Shown: positions 46,195 through 57,256, counted from the first letter of the stretch. The stretch: 64,000 nucleotides of DNA from Nitrospirota bacterium (GCA_963710375.1 CAVPZX010000002.1:512001-576000); one strand, 5' to 3'. Numbers and translations: made by a program. Notes: a model not told the origin generated them from the letters alone.

Positions 46195-47297
46195 ATGAAG
46201 ATTCTTCATCTCATTTATGATCATAACAACAATCCCTGGGTCGGCGGCGGGGGAGCAGTAAGGGTCTATGAGATATGCAAAAGGCTTGCCAAACAAGGGC
46301 ATGAAATAACTATCATCAGCGGAAACTATCCAGGCGCTGCCAACTATATTGAAGACGGATTACGGTTCTTGTTTGTGGGCAGCAATAAAAATTACATGTT
46401 GAGCACCTTTTCCTATGCATGGGAAAGCGCTTCGCTGGTTAAAAAAAGGGGGCAAGAATTCGACATTATCATCGAGGATTTTGCCCCCTGGAATCCGGTT
46501 TTCTCAGCATTCCTGACAAAAAAACCTGTTGTGCTTCATATCAATCACCGTGAAGGAATAAATATTCTTAGAAGATGGCGGCTTGTGGGATTACCGTTCT
46601 TTTTGATCGAAAGGTTTTATCCGTTTTTTTTCAAAAACGTGGCTGCCCTCTCGGAGGAGACAAGAAAAAAAATACGTATTGCCGGCGCGAAAATAGTGCC
46701 CGCCGGCATTGATGAAAATTTTTTTATCAATAATAGCGATGTTGCAAACATGATAGGACGATATTTGCTTTACGTTGGAAGACTCCATATCAAAAACAAA
46801 GGGCTCGATACTCTTCTTTGCTCCATGATAGGCCATGATGCTAGATTGCTTATAGCAGGCCGTGGCAAAGATGAGGATTCTCTGAAACAAATGGCCCAAA
46901 GTTTTGGGGTCGAAAACGTGGCTTTTCGCGGTTTTGTCGGAGAGGAAGAAAAAGAGACCTGCTGCGGAACTGTCAGGCACTGGTCTTACCGTCGAGATTT
47001 GAGGGCTGGGGTATTGTTGTTCTTGAGGCCGCTGCGTGCGGAAAACCGGTTATAGTAAGCGATATCCCTGAACTGGGGTATGCTGTTGAAGCAGGGTTCG
47101 GCATATCATTCAAGACAGGGGATTCGAAAGACCTTGCCCAGAAAATAAAATTTCTCATCGAAAATGAACCTCTGAGAACGGAGATGGGGCGGAAAGCTCG
47201 CGAATATGCTAAGGACTACACATGGGACAAGATATCGCTCGATTATGAACGGTTTCTGCTGAAAATAATAAAAGACAGGCAAATGACAAAAGGCTAA
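46195..47297 (+). pseudogene. Glycosyltransferase family 4, frameshifted in an A-run near 46950 (likely a sequencing error)
   Basis: GGGAVRV, YVGRL; the shifted frame continues LLRNCQALVLPSRFEGWGIVVLEA to TAA 47295-47297. Confidence 0.85.
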
Positions 47298-47421
47298 GGG
47301 CTAAAGGAAAAGCAGGAGACAAAAAATTAAGAATGGAACCCTGTGTTTTTTTCTCTGTTTCACTTTCGCCTTTTGCCATTAGCCTTTTGCCTTCTTGGCC
47401 TTTTGACATTTGCCTTTAGGC
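47277..47421. repeat. Palindromic heptamer array (GGCTAAA/GGCAAAA-type)
   Basis: ggcaaatgacaaaaggctaagggctaaagg ... ccttttgccattagccttttgcc. Confidence 0.75.
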
Positions 47422-47535
47422 TATTTCCTATTATGAGTCTTTTTTATGCTATACTACCCGTCAGTGCAAAATAAGCTTTAGCCTTTTACAGAGGCTTAAG
47501 CCGGGGCGTAAAATAAAGCTGCTGGAGAGATTTGC

Positions 47536-49797
47536 GTGAAAGGTGCTCTGATTAGTTGTTTTATTTTAAGTCTTTTTTTAGTGTCCATTAATCTGTTTTG
47601 CGGACCCGCCTATTCTCAAGAAGTCCCTGTCGTTACCGCCATAGAGGTAAAGGGCGTAAAACGCATTGAAGAAGGCTCGGTAAAAGCAAAAATATCCCAG
47701 AAAATAGGGGAGCCTCTGTCTGATGAAAAGACCTCTGATGACATAAAAGCCATTTTCAAAATGGGCTATTTCGATGATGTAAAAGTTAATATGGAGCCCT
47801 TTGAGGGCGGCCTTAAGCTGATCTATATGGTTGAAGAAAAACCAACCATTATTAAGGTAGACTTTCAGGGAAACAAGGAATTCGATGACAGTAGACTTAA
47901 GGAAAAGACTACAATTACTGCCGGGGCAATATCAGATATAAACCTTATCAACGATAATGCAATAAAACTAAGGGCTTTTTATGAAGATGAGGGTTACTAT
48001 CTCGCAAAGGTGGTTCCAGTTGTGAGAAAAGCCGGTAAGGGTGAAGTTGTGTTGACCTTCCAGATTAACGAGGGCGAGAAGGTCAAAATCAGAGATATCA
48101 GGATAGAAGGGAATAAAGCGATCTCTGCCGGTAAAATCAAAGCGGCCATGAAGACTAAAGTGAGGGGGTGGCTATCCTTTATCTTCGGCACCGGTTACTA
48201 CAAAAAAGACGAGATGAGGGCCGATATCGATCGCATAAGGGACGTCTATTATGATAAAGGTTACATTAAGGTCACCGTAGGCGAACCGGTTTTGCAGCTC
48301 ACAGATGATAAAAAAGGGATGAAAATTACCATATCGGTTTCCGAGGGAGATCAGTTCAAAGTATCTTCAGTCGAGATTGCCGGCAACAAGGCTTACAAAG
48401 AAGATGAAGTGAGGAAACTTATCAAGATCTCGCCCGGAAAGGTCTTCGATAAATCGGTTCTGTCTCAGGATGTAGTCGCTATCAGCGATAAATATGCAAA
48501 CAACGGCTTTGCGCTTGTATCAGTATTCCCCGACCTTATCCCCGATGAAGAAAAGAAAACAGTGCGGGTTGTCTTCAGGATTACCGAAGGCGATAAATAT
48601 ACTGTTGGTAAAATCTCCATAACCGGCAACACGAAAACAAGAGACAAAGTAATACGCAGGGAAATCAGACTTGACGAGGGAGATACATTTGATGCATCTT
48701 CTCTGAAACGCACTTACGAACGTTTGAAGAACCTGCAGTTTTTCGAAACAGTCAACATTCAGCCAAAACCACTGCATGATGAAAAAATAGTAGACCTCGA
48801 TGTTGCTGTAAAAGAGAAGTCTACCGGCTCCATAAGCGTTGGCGGCGGATATAGCACTCTTGACCACTTCATGGTCATGTTTGATGTAACCCAGAGCAAT
48901 CTTGATGGCTCGGGACGGGGTCTGAGGTTAAAGGCACAGCTCGGCAGCAAAAGTTCTTTTTACGAAATATCCTACAAGGACCCCTGGTTTATGGATAAAC
49001 CTTATTATTTGAACGCCAGCGTTTATAAAACGTACCGGGTATACGGAGACTTTGACAGCAAAGCAACCGGCTTTAGCGTGTCCTTGGCTAAAAACCTGTC
49101 GGAATACTGGGTAGCCTCGTTAGGATACAATCTGGAGCAGGCGAATATTTATAATGTCGCCACCACTGCCTCCTCAATCATAACAGATCAGGAGGGGACA
49201 AAACTAACCAGCGCCATCAGCCCTGCAATAGCCAGGGATACCCGGGACAACTATCTGGATCCGACAACTGGCTCCCGTAACTCAATTGGGTTCACCTTTG
49301 CCGGATTAGGGGGGTCAAATGACTTCATAAAGGCACTTGCTGACTCTTCCTGGTATTTCCCTGTTCCCTTTTCATCAACATTCATGTTGAGAGGCAGATT
49401 TGGATATGAGGTGGGTTTGTTCGGCAAAGAAGTGCCATTATACCAGCGGTTTTTTCTCGGTGACATTAATACCATCCGGGGAATCAACTATGGGGATGCG
49501 GGACCTAAGGATGTTAATAGCCAGCCGTTCGGTGGACTAAGTGAGCTTATATTCAATGCCGAGTATGTTTTTCCTGTTGTACCTGAATATAAGTTCAAAG
49601 GGGTTGTCTTTGCAGACGCGGGCAGAGCGTATGGCATAGATGAAGTTATCGGCAGTAACCTCACATACACGACCGGGTTCGGGATACGATGGGTTTCCCC
49701 TATGGGTCCGATAAGGGTTGAGTGGGGCTATAATCTAAACAGGTATCACGGTGAGGCATCAAGCAAGCTCGGATTTACTTTTGGCGCTGCTTTTTAA
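47536..49797 (+). CDS. bamA: Outer membrane protein assembly factor BamA
   Basis: POTRA repeats (GNTKTRDKVIRRE), IRG motif, GFGIRWVSPMGP, C-terminal Phe. Confidence 0.96.
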   Translation: MKGALISCFILSLFLVSINLFCGPAYSQEVPVVTAIEVKGVKRIEEGSVKAKISQKIGEPLSDEKTSDDIKAIFKMGYFDDVKVNMEPFEGGLKLIYMVEEKPTIIKVDFQGNKEFDDSRLKEKTTITAGAISDINLINDNAIKLRAFYEDEGYYLAKVVPVVRKAGKGEVVLTFQINEGEKVKIRDIRIEGNKAISAGKIKAAMKTKVRGWLSFIFGTGYYKKDEMRADIDRIRDVYYDKGYIKVTVGEPVLQLTDDKKGMKITISVSEGDQFKVSSVEIAGNKAYKEDEVRKLIKISPGKVFDKSVLSQDVVAISDKYANNGFALVSVFPDLIPDEEKKTVRVVFRITEGDKYTVGKISITGNTKTRDKVIRREIRLDEGDTFDASSLKRTYERLKNLQFFETVNIQPKPLHDEKIVDLDVAVKEKSTGSISVGGGYSTLDHFMVMFDVTQSNLDGSGRGLRLKAQLGSKSSFYEISYKDPWFMDKPYYLNASVYKTYRVYGDFDSKATGFSVSLAKNLSEYWVASLGYNLEQANIYNVATTASSIITDQEGTKLTSAISPAIARDTRDNYLDPTTGSRNSIGFTFAGLGGSNDFIKALADSSWYFPVPFSSTFMLRGRFGYEVGLFGKEVPLYQRFFLGDINTIRGINYGDAGPKDVNSQPFGGLSELIFNAEYVFPVVPEYKFKGVVFADAGRAYGIDEVIGSNLTYTTGFGIRWVSPMGPIRVEWGYNLNRYHGEASSKLGFTFGAAF

Positions 49798-49799
49798 AA

Positions 49800-49929
49800 A
49801 AGGCTAAAGGCAAAGGGCAAATGGCTAATGGCGCAAGGCTAAAAAAACAGAATACAGAAAATTAAAGTCTGATCCTGATTTTTTGTTTTTTTATTTAACC
49901 TTTTGCCTTTAGCCCTTTGCCTTTAGCCT
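49800..49929. repeat. Palindromic heptamer array (GGCTAAA-type)
   Basis: aaggctaaaggcaaagggcaaatggctaatgg ... ccttttgcctttagccctttgcctttagcctt. Confidence 0.8.
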
Positions 49930-49952
49930 TAAAATAAAATTTGGAGGGTTCG

Positions 49953-50486
49953 ATGAAAAAAGTTATTCTGGTAATGATCGTTGGATTTGCGGTGCTCTTA
50001 AACGGCGCCTTGTCTCGTGTTAACGCAGCTGATATCAAATTAGGTTTTGTTGATATAGACAGAGCTGCAAACGACTCTGAAGAGGGTAAAAAAGCGGTAG
50101 GCGGATTGAAAGACTTTATGGCTTCAAGGCAATCTGCAATCACTGAAAAAGGCAAGGCGATCGACAAGATGAAGAGCGATCTGGAGAAACAGGGGGGGAT
50201 CATGTCTCCGGATGCGAAAAAGTCGAAAATAGAAGAATTGGAGCGCTCGGAAAGAGAATTTCAGAGGATGGTGTCTGATGCGAATCAGGAGTTCGAGAAA
50301 AAAAGGAGAGAATTGACGGAGTCGGTATATAAAGAAATAATTGAAATAGTCGGGAAATTCGGGCAGGAGCAGAAATACACCGTCATTCTGCCGGTCCAAT
50401 CGGTGCTTTTTAGTGATAAATCGCTTGATATTACCGATATCATAATAAAGCAATTCAATGAGTCCAAAGGTCATAAGAGTAAATGA
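49953..50486 (+). CDS. skp: Periplasmic chaperone Skp/OmpH
   Basis: Signal peptide, KLGFVD, coiled coils, DITD; between bamA and lpxD. Confidence 0.92.
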   Translation: MKKVILVMIVGFAVLLNGALSRVNAADIKLGFVDIDRAANDSEEGKKAVGGLKDFMASRQSAITEKGKAIDKMKSDLEKQGGIMSPDAKKSKIEELERSEREFQRMVSDANQEFEKKRRELTESVYKEIIEIVGKFGQEQKYTVILPVQSVLFSDKSLDITDIIIKQFNESKGHKSK

Positions 50487-50565
50487 TTTTACGGGTTTGC
50501 GGGTATATGAGTAAATGGGTGGAATTCTCGTACGATCATATACCCATCCACCCTAAAGGGATCAT

Positions 50566-51582
50566 ATGACATTGCAAGAACTTACCGAACTGCTTGCAGG
50601 GGAAATCAATGGCGATGGGTCCACTGAAATAACCGGGGTTGCAGGCATTCCCGATGCCCGGGAAGGAGATATTACTTTTCTTTCTAGCACAAAACTAATT
50701 CCAGAACTGAGTACGAGCACGGCAGCGGCTGTACTGGTTAAGGACTTTATTCCAGAACTCCAGAAGCCGCAGGTCAAGACAAGAAATCCTCTCTATTCCT
50801 TTGCGAAGCTCCTGGAGCATTTTTACGCCAAGAGCATACAGCACAGAGGGATCAGCGAAAATGCGTTTATTGCGGTAGGGGCTGAGATAGCCCCGGATGT
50901 CACTATTTATGATTTCAGCTATATTTCGGAAAAGGTAAGAATCGGCCCGGGTTCCGTAATCTTTCCCGGAGTATTTATAGGTGAAGCTTGCAGTATCGGT
51001 GAAAAGTGTACTATTTACCCAAATGTGACTATCAGGGAAAACACCGTTATCGGCAACAGGGTAATTATTCATCCAAACGCTGTCCTGGGCTCCGACGGGT
51101 TCGGATATGTTTTTGAGGAAGGAAGGCATAATAAGATACCCCAGGTTGGGAATGTACTGATAGAAGATGATGTGGAAATAGGCGCCGGCGTTACAATTGA
51201 CAGGGCCACAACCGGAACGACAATTATAGGCAAAGGGACCAAGATTGACAACCTGGTACAGATCGGTCACAACGTACGCGTCGGCAGTAATGTTATATTA
51301 GTGGCCCAGGTTGGAATAGCAGGGAGTTCCTCTATTGGCGACGGCGCCGTGCTTGGAGGACAGGTAGGGGTAGCAGACCATGCTGTTATTGAAGCCGGAA
51401 CAATGGTAGCCGCTCAGTCGGGGATTATGAGTATAGGAAAGGTCAAACAAGGCGTCTATGCCGGATATCCTATAATTGCTCATAGAGACTGGCTTAAAGC
51501 GTCAGCGCTTTTTGCCAGGTTGCCTGAATTGAAGAAACGAATTGAAGCGCTTGAAAAAAAGTTAAAAGACCGTGAAACGTGA
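50566..51582 (+). CDS. lpxD: UDP-3-O-acylglucosamine N-acyltransferase
   Basis: Hexapeptide repeats, GSDGFGY, KIPQVG, TIDRA, KIDNLVQIGHN. Confidence 0.97.
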   Translation: MTLQELTELLAGEINGDGSTEITGVAGIPDAREGDITFLSSTKLIPELSTSTAAAVLVKDFIPELQKPQVKTRNPLYSFAKLLEHFYAKSIQHRGISENAFIAVGAEIAPDVTIYDFSYISEKVRIGPGSVIFPGVFIGEACSIGEKCTIYPNVTIRENTVIGNRVIIHPNAVLGSDGFGYVFEEGRHNKIPQVGNVLIEDDVEIGAGVTIDRATTGTTIIGKGTKIDNLVQIGHNVRVGSNVILVAQVGIAGSSSIGDGAVLGGQVGVADHAVIEAGTMVAAQSGIMSIGKVKQGVYAGYPIIAHRDWLKASALFARLPELKKRIEALEKKLKDRET

Positions 51583-51646
51583 AAGGTGAAACGAAAAAGC
51601 CGTTCTTTAATTCTTTACTGTTCACTATTCACCATTCACGTCTCAC
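51571..51646. repeat. Palindromic heptamer array (GTGAAAC-type) overlapping the lpxD stop
   Basis: cgtgaaacgtgaaaggtgaaacg ... ttcactattcaccattcacgtctcac. Confidence 0.75.
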
Positions 51647-51667
51647 TGCTTTTTTAGTGGAGGAGAA

Positions 51668-52099
51668 ATGATGGACATTAAGGAAATCTTGGCCGTTCTG
51701 CCTCATCGCTATCCTTTTTTGATGGTTGACAAGGTAATTGAGCTGGAGACTGAAGTCAAGGCAGTCGGGATAAAAAATGTTTCTGTGAACGAGCCTTTCT
51801 TTCAGGGCCATTTCCCCGGCAATCCGGTAATGCCCGGCGTTCTCATCGTTGAGGCATTGGCACAGCTGGCTGGAATACTTGCTTTCCAATCAGGCGTTCA
51901 GGGGAAAACAGTATATTTTATGAGCATAGAAAAGGTGAAGTTCAGAAAGATTGTTATACCGGGCGACCAGCTCAGGCTTGAAGTCAATGTCATGCACAAG
52001 AGAGGCAATGTCTGGAAATTTTCGGGGAATGCGTTTGTCGGAGACAAATTGACGTCAGAGGCTGAGTTTACAGCTATGGTTTCTGATAAAGACCTTTAG
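51668..52099 (+). CDS. fabZ: 3-hydroxyacyl-ACP dehydratase
   Basis: LPHRYPFLMVD, NEPFFQGHFP, PGVLIVEALAQ. Confidence 0.97.
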   Translation: MMDIKEILAVLPHRYPFLMVDKVIELETEVKAVGIKNVSVNEPFFQGHFPGNPVMPGVLIVEALAQLAGILAFQSGVQGKTVYFMSIEKVKFRKIVIPGDQLRLEVNVMHKRGNVWKFSGNAFVGDKLTSEAEFTAMVSDKDL

Positions 52100-52107
52100 G
52101 AGGATGG

Positions 52108-52887
52108 ATGCCAAGAGAAATTCATAAGACAGCAATTGTCAGCCCTAAAGCAGAGATTGCCGATAATGTTTCGATCGGTCCCTTTTGTCTGATAGGTGAA
52201 GGTGTAACTATCAAGAAGGGCTCAAAGCTTATTTCAAATGTGATTATCGAAGGAAACACCGAAATCGGCGAGCACTGCACAATTTACCCTTTTGCCACTA
52301 TCGGCTTGCCGCCGCAAGACCTTAAATACAAGAACGAAAAGACCGGTGTTAAAATCGGCAAACAAAATATCATCAGAGAATACGCATCAATACATAGGGC
52401 TTCTGTCGGTGGCAATGGGATGACTGAGATCGGAGATTCAAACTTCATTATGGCCTATGTCCATATTGCTCACGACTGCAAAATCGGTTCTTCAATTGCA
52501 TTGGTTAATGCCGCAACCCTCGCAGGACATGTTGTTGTAGAGGATTTTGCGACCATAGGGGGCATTGTAGCCATCCACCAGTTTACACGTATAGGCGCTT
52601 ATTCAATGGTCGGGGGATTCAGCGGCATAGGACAGGATATACCCCCCTATACCATGGCTTCTGGATCCCGTGCAAAACTCTATGGGCTCAATGTGATAGG
52701 TTTAAAAAGGCACGGGTTTTCAGATGAGACAATTAACAATCTCAAGAAGGCCTATAAAATCCTCTTCAGAGAGAAACGGACACTGAAGGACGCTCTAAAA
52801 AGAATCAAGGCAGAGCTTTCCGGAATAAAAGAGGTTGAGAGGCTCGTGGAGTTTGTGGAGAAAAATAAAAGAGGCATATGCAGATAG
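52108..52887 (+). CDS. lpxA: UDP-N-acetylglucosamine acyltransferase
   Basis: PQDLKY, HIAHDC, LAGHV, IHQF. Confidence 0.97.
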   Translation: MPREIHKTAIVSPKAEIADNVSIGPFCLIGEGVTIKKGSKLISNVIIEGNTEIGEHCTIYPFATIGLPPQDLKYKNEKTGVKIGKQNIIREYASIHRASVGGNGMTEIGDSNFIMAYVHIAHDCKIGSSIALVNAATLAGHVVVEDFATIGGIVAIHQFTRIGAYSMVGGFSGIGQDIPPYTMASGSRAKLYGLNVIGLKRHGFSDETINNLKKAYKILFREKRTLKDALKRIKAELSGIKEVERLVEFVEKNKRGICR

Positions 52888-53696
52888 GTATCATTGCCGG
52901 GGCCGGTGAACTCCCTGAGATTATAGCAAGAGATGCAAAAGAACGCGGCTACAAAGTTATTACCATAGCGCTGGAGAATCTGGCCTCTTCAGTGCTCAAT
53001 GACCTTTCAGATGAGATACAATGGATCAATGTCGGCAAATTAGGCGCTCTTATAGATTCATTTAAGACTTCCGGGGTCTGCGAAGCCATTATGGCCGGGA
53101 AAGTACCCAAGTCACTCCTTTACAAATCAAAAATCACACCTGATCTGAGGGCGATCAAGCTCCTGTTTTCTCTTAAAGACAAGAGCGACGATGCAATCCT
53201 AAACGCACTCGCCAATGAACTGGCAAAAGAGGGAATTACCATCATAAATACGGCATCCTTCAGCCCTCACCTTCAGACACCCGAAGGGGTCCTGACCCAA
53301 GAGCCCCCTTCAAAAGAGGAATGGGCTGACATCGAGTTCGGATGGAAAATTGCAAAGGCAATTGGGGAGATGGATATCGGACAGACCGTTGTCGTAAAAG
53401 GACAGGCAGTGATGGCGGTGGAGGCTATCGAGGGCACTGACGAGGCTATACGCAGAGGAGGGAAATGGGCAGGCGATGGGGTAGTCGTGGTTAAAGTGAG
53501 CAAGCCCCAGCAGGACATGAGACTCGATGTGCCGGTCATAGGTCCCACCACCTTGCAGGCAATGATTGACGTCAGGGCGCGCGTCCTTGCTATAGAAGCG
53601 GAAAGAAGTATAATAATACATAGAGACAAATTAATTAAGGAGGCAGAAGAATCCGGCATCTCAGTTGTCGGGTTGTCGGCGCTAAAGACAAAGTGA
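52878..53696 (+). CDS. lpxI: UDP-2,3-diacylglucosamine hydrolase LpxI
   Basis: GIIAGAGELP, DIGQ, AVEAIEGTD, KPQQDMRLDVP. Confidence 0.93.
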   Translation: MQIGIIAGAGELPEIIARDAKERGYKVITIALENLASSVLNDLSDEIQWINVGKLGALIDSFKTSGVCEAIMAGKVPKSLLYKSKITPDLRAIKLLFSLKDKSDDAILNALANELAKEGITIINTASFSPHLQTPEGVLTQEPPSKEEWADIEFGWKIAKAIGEMDIGQTVVVKGQAVMAVEAIEGTDEAIRRGGKWAGDGVVVVKVSKPQQDMRLDVPVIGPTTLQAMIDVRARVLAIEAERSIIIHRDKLIKEAEESGISVVGLSALKTK

Positions 53697-54700
53697 CCCA
53701 TATAGCCGCCATTAAAGCGGGCATACATACAGTGAATAAAAACTGGCAGTTGCTTTTTGTACAGTTTATAGCATTCGTACTGAGCGGTTTGAGCTTTTTT
53801 ATTATTGTAGGTATGCCCATAGCCATCGCCTTTATCATATTCGGTCTTGATCTGACGGAAATACTGCGACTTAAAGATTTGATAAGCGTATTCCGCGGAT
53901 CTGCGGAACTGTTGAACAAATATTTTGCAATGGCACTAATCATACTTTTCAGTCTTCTTATTTATCTTTCGGTTATCCTTGTCGCATGGGTCTTTGCTCT
54001 GGGCGGAACAATCGGAATCCTTGCCAAATCAATCCTTAACGAGATCACTAAATTCAGTCTAAAAACCTTTTTCTCCGAGGGAAGACGTCTCTTTCTTCCT
54101 TTGTCCCTTTTTTCATCCATAATCGCGATCATGTTCCTGCTTATTGCCTTCTTACTCGGAATTTTAGTCGGGGGAGCGTCAACGATCATTGATATTGCCA
54201 AGGGCTACGAAGCAACTTTCGGCCTCTTTATCGGGTTTTTCTGCTCGCTGGTTCTCATGTCGGTCGGAATTGCCCTGATTCTGCTGACGCTCTCGGTAGC
54301 AACATACGGAGTAGCACACCTTGTCTTTGGCCAGGAGGCCGGTTCTGTAACAACAATAAAAGAGACTGTAAGGTATCTTTATTCAAAACCGGCTGCTATA
54401 GGTTTTTACACTCTTGTACTGCTCGGATATATGGTAATCGGATTTATCGTGATTCTGATAGGAGCTCCCCTGACCTTTGTTCCTGTCGTGGGACCGCTGA
54501 TTTCACTGCCCTACCAGTTGTTTACGTATATGTGCCAGGGGTATTTAAGTCTTGTTATGCTGGCAGCTGTATTCCATTATTACAAAGGGGCTCCGTACGC
54601 AGTTTCCCAGCCGTCCACAGGGGTTGACGATATTTCTGGGCACACAGAAGATGCGCCTGCGCCACCTCCTGATCAGCCGGAAGAGTCTCAAGCAGGCTGA
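53693..54700 (+). CDS. Integral membrane protein, hypothetical
   Basis: About 6 hydrophobic helices; GTGA coupling to lpxI. Confidence 0.75.
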   Translation: MTHIAAIKAGIHTVNKNWQLLFVQFIAFVLSGLSFFIIVGMPIAIAFIIFGLDLTEILRLKDLISVFRGSAELLNKYFAMALIILFSLLIYLSVILVAWVFALGGTIGILAKSILNEITKFSLKTFFSEGRRLFLPLSLFSSIIAIMFLLIAFLLGILVGGASTIIDIAKGYEATFGLFIGFFCSLVLMSVGIALILLTLSVATYGVAHLVFGQEAGSVTTIKETVRYLYSKPAAIGFYTLVLLGYMVIGFIVILIGAPLTFVPVVGPLISLPYQLFTYMCQGYLSLVMLAAVFHYYKGAPYAVSQPSTGVDDISGHTEDAPAPPPDQPEESQAG

Positions 54701-55421
54701 CGCCGAACAGGATTTCAAAAGATTGCTTTATATACACCTTGAACACTCGCGGACTGAAATCACGAATCAGATCCTTTAATCCCGTGAAATCCCCCTCTTC
54801 GCCCCGTCCGCCTCGGGCAGAGCAGCCCCTTTGCCCTTTATTTTTAAATACAGCGGCAAGCGCAGTATAATCTACAGCGTAAGGTATCGAACCCTGCTGT
54901 AAGAAACCATCCGCCCATCGTTTCTGGGCTGAGCCTATCAGTTTTTTCCCGTTAATGGTCAGCTCCCCGTAGGATGTGGATTGAAAACAGAGCGGACTTC
55001 TCTCAAGATTGCTTCTCCTCTCACGCCGGGTTTTCATCTCAACGGAAAGTCCCAGCCGTTGAAGTCCGAGAGAAAATGCAGTGCTGATATTCTTGTAGGC
55101 ATCGAGAAGGCCCTGAGAAAATAAACCCTCGTTTCTCGATGAGAAACTGTAGGTAAGCTCCTCGCCGTGGAGAATACCCCTGCCCCCGGTTGGCCTTCTC
55201 ACAACCTGCACATCATTGGCAGCGCAGTAGCTGGTGTCGACATCTGTGATTTTCTGAAATGCCCCCAGGCTGACCGAAGGGTGACACCAGCCGTAAAGCC
55301 GCAGCGTCGGAGGCGAGTCGCTTCTGCGAACGGCAGCAGCGATGGACTCATCAAGCGCCATATTATAAGCGGCGTCGCAGGGGCCGGAGTCGATGAACCT
55401 CCATTCACTCAAAGTCGGCAT
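54555..55421 (-). CDS. Lipoate-protein ligase / octanoyltransferase family protein
   Basis: NMALDE, PTLRLY, VVRRPTGG, KKLIGSAQ. Confidence 0.92.
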   Translation of the reverse strand: MPTLSEWRFIDSGPCDAAYNMALDESIAAAVRRSDSPPTLRLYGWCHPSVSLGAFQKITDVDTSYCAANDVQVVRRPTGGRGILHGEELTYSFSSRNEGLFSQGLLDAYKNISTAFSLGLQRLGLSVEMKTRRERRSNLERSPLCFQSTSYGELTINGKKLIGSAQKRWADGFLQQGSIPYAVDYTALAAVFKNKGQRGCSARGGRGEEGDFTGLKDLIRDFSPRVFKVYIKQSFEILFGVSLLETLPADQEVAQAHLLCAQKYRQPLWTAGKLRTEPLCNNGIQLPA

Positions 55422-56593
55422 AAATTTCGCTGAATTTTATTCCGGCTATCATTGAATCTTTGTATTTGACCTTCAGGTAATTTTTTGACTCAAACAGTTC
55501 ATTTGATTTTATGCCGTTTTCCAGACCCAGGTATGCCTCGACAAAAGCTGCAAGGTCATCGGTTGCCTTGATGAGTTCTCCATCCCTCGGATTGTATTCA
55601 TCATTGTTGAATTCTTCGCTGATTTCCCTGGAAGTCATGGCCTTGATCTTTCCATTTATCACTGCAATACTCGAAAATTCGTTCTCGGTAAACATTCTCA
55701 TTTCCTCATGCCACGATTCAGGAATCAGGGCATAAACCTCTTTTTCCATCTGCTCTTTCTCATATTCCTTGATGAGAGCCTCCAGCCCCCCGACAGACCT
55801 TTTAACAGGAGAAATAATATCGCGTGTAAGCACCTCCGGCAGGTCATGGAACAGGCCGGTAAAATAATTGTTGATGCATCGCCTTCTGCAAGCCGATATC
55901 CCACGCGAGAACAAGTAAGACAGCACTGCAACGATGAGCATATGGCCGATCACAGACGTTTTGGGGACCCTGTGGATATGGCTCCATCGCAATTGGAATC
56001 TCAGTTGGCCGCACAGATCGATGAAGTTTCTGTATTGTGAATACATGGCGAGTTGCTGTATGCCCCTGAGGTCGTAATATTTCTCCTGCTCGCTCTGCAG
56101 GTTACTTTTGATCTGCGGGATTTCAAAACCTGAGGGATTTGTACGCTCGATAATGTCGAACTCCCATTTAGTGGCATAAAAATGGGCAGCCCTTAAAATC
56201 TTACGGTTCAGGGTATCAGGAGAATCCGCAAAGTAGTCCCTGAATTTATTGCAGAAGGCATCTCCCAGGGGCGATATGACAGGCTTCAGTTTATCATAAA
56301 CCCATGCATTCAGCTCCCCGTATTTAGCCCTATCTTCTTTTATTTTATAAAAAATCTGGGGTTTCAGATCGGTGATAACAAGGCGCTGCAAAAATTCGAA
56401 GATACCACCCTCTATAATCTCTATCCAGTCAAACCCCTGCTGTTCCTCCTCAAATTTTCCCAAAAAATACGCCAGCATCATCTTATGGGCCTGCTTGTCC
56501 AGTTCTCTCAGACTCGACAGGGCGTATCTTGTCGTTCCACCGCTGCATATTGGCAGCATCAAAAATTTTCAGCAACAGCGATTTTCTGATCAT
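55405..56593 (-). pseudogene. HD-domain protein, +1 frameshift at 56512 (possibly a sequencing error)
   Basis: MIRKSLLLKIFDAANMQRWNDKIRPVE-(extra T)-LRELDKQAHK; later TSVIGH, LFHDLPEVLTRDIISPVK. Confidence 0.85.
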
Positions 56594-56615
56594 ATTCTAC
56601 CGCAATCCGCGGCAA

Positions 56616-56807
56616 TCACTTCTTCTCTTCTAGCAGTATCTTATGCCTGAGCAGCGATATTTCTTTTACATGTCCCTCGAATGTTTTCTGCTCACCGAAA
56701 AGGTTCTTGAGGAAAACAGTGGCACCCTCCGGAACCAGGACATCCACATTTTCCAGGTAAAGACTTTCTTGCCCGTCTTTATAGACATATGCATTTGCCT
56801 CACACAT
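56616..56807 (-). CDS. CooT-family nickel-binding protein
   Basis: MCEANAY...LKNLFGE...HKI. Confidence 0.85.
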   Translation of the reverse strand: MCEANAYVYKDGQESLYLENVDVLVPEGATVFLKNLFGEQKTFEGHVKEISLLRHKILLEEKK

Positions 56808-57216
56808 GGGCAACCTCCTTTATTCGTTCAACGAGTTTTTCTATTAAATGAGGAAGAGGCTCTTTTGTAATGCCGAGCACTTCTATATCTTCCTGGTTCA
56901 GCGGGAGCAGGATTTTTTTAGAGGGAGAAGACGCTATTGCCTCAGACATTTTAGCGGTAAGTTCCCCCATCATGCCATTTGCGAGCATTATGCTGAGCGG
57001 TCCCGTGATAATATCAACCCTGCCTGCATTCCATTGTATCGCGTTCTCTCCGGTAGCGCCCTTGTTGGCCCGCGCCTTAATCATCGCCGTGGTGGCGGTG
57101 GAATTAGTGCCGAGGGCGATAATTTCAATTCTGTCTCCCAGTTCTTCTTTTAATCGCTTGATTATAAGGCTTCCGATACCTCCGCCCTGCCCGTCAATTA
57201 CCGCTACTCTTACCAT
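56800..57216 (-). CDS. DUF3842-family protein
   Basis: VIDGQGGGIG, ALGTNSTAT, ATGENAI, MMGELT. Confidence 0.85.
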   Translation of the reverse strand: MVRVAVIDGQGGGIGSLIIKRLKEELGDRIEIIALGTNSTATTAMIKARANKGATGENAIQWNAGRVDIITGPLSIMLANGMMGELTAKMSEAIASSPSKKILLPLNQEDIEVLGITKEPLPHLIEKLVERIKEVAHV

Positions 57217-57256
57217 GATTGTAAGTATACCTCAATGCCTTGCGAAATTACGACTT

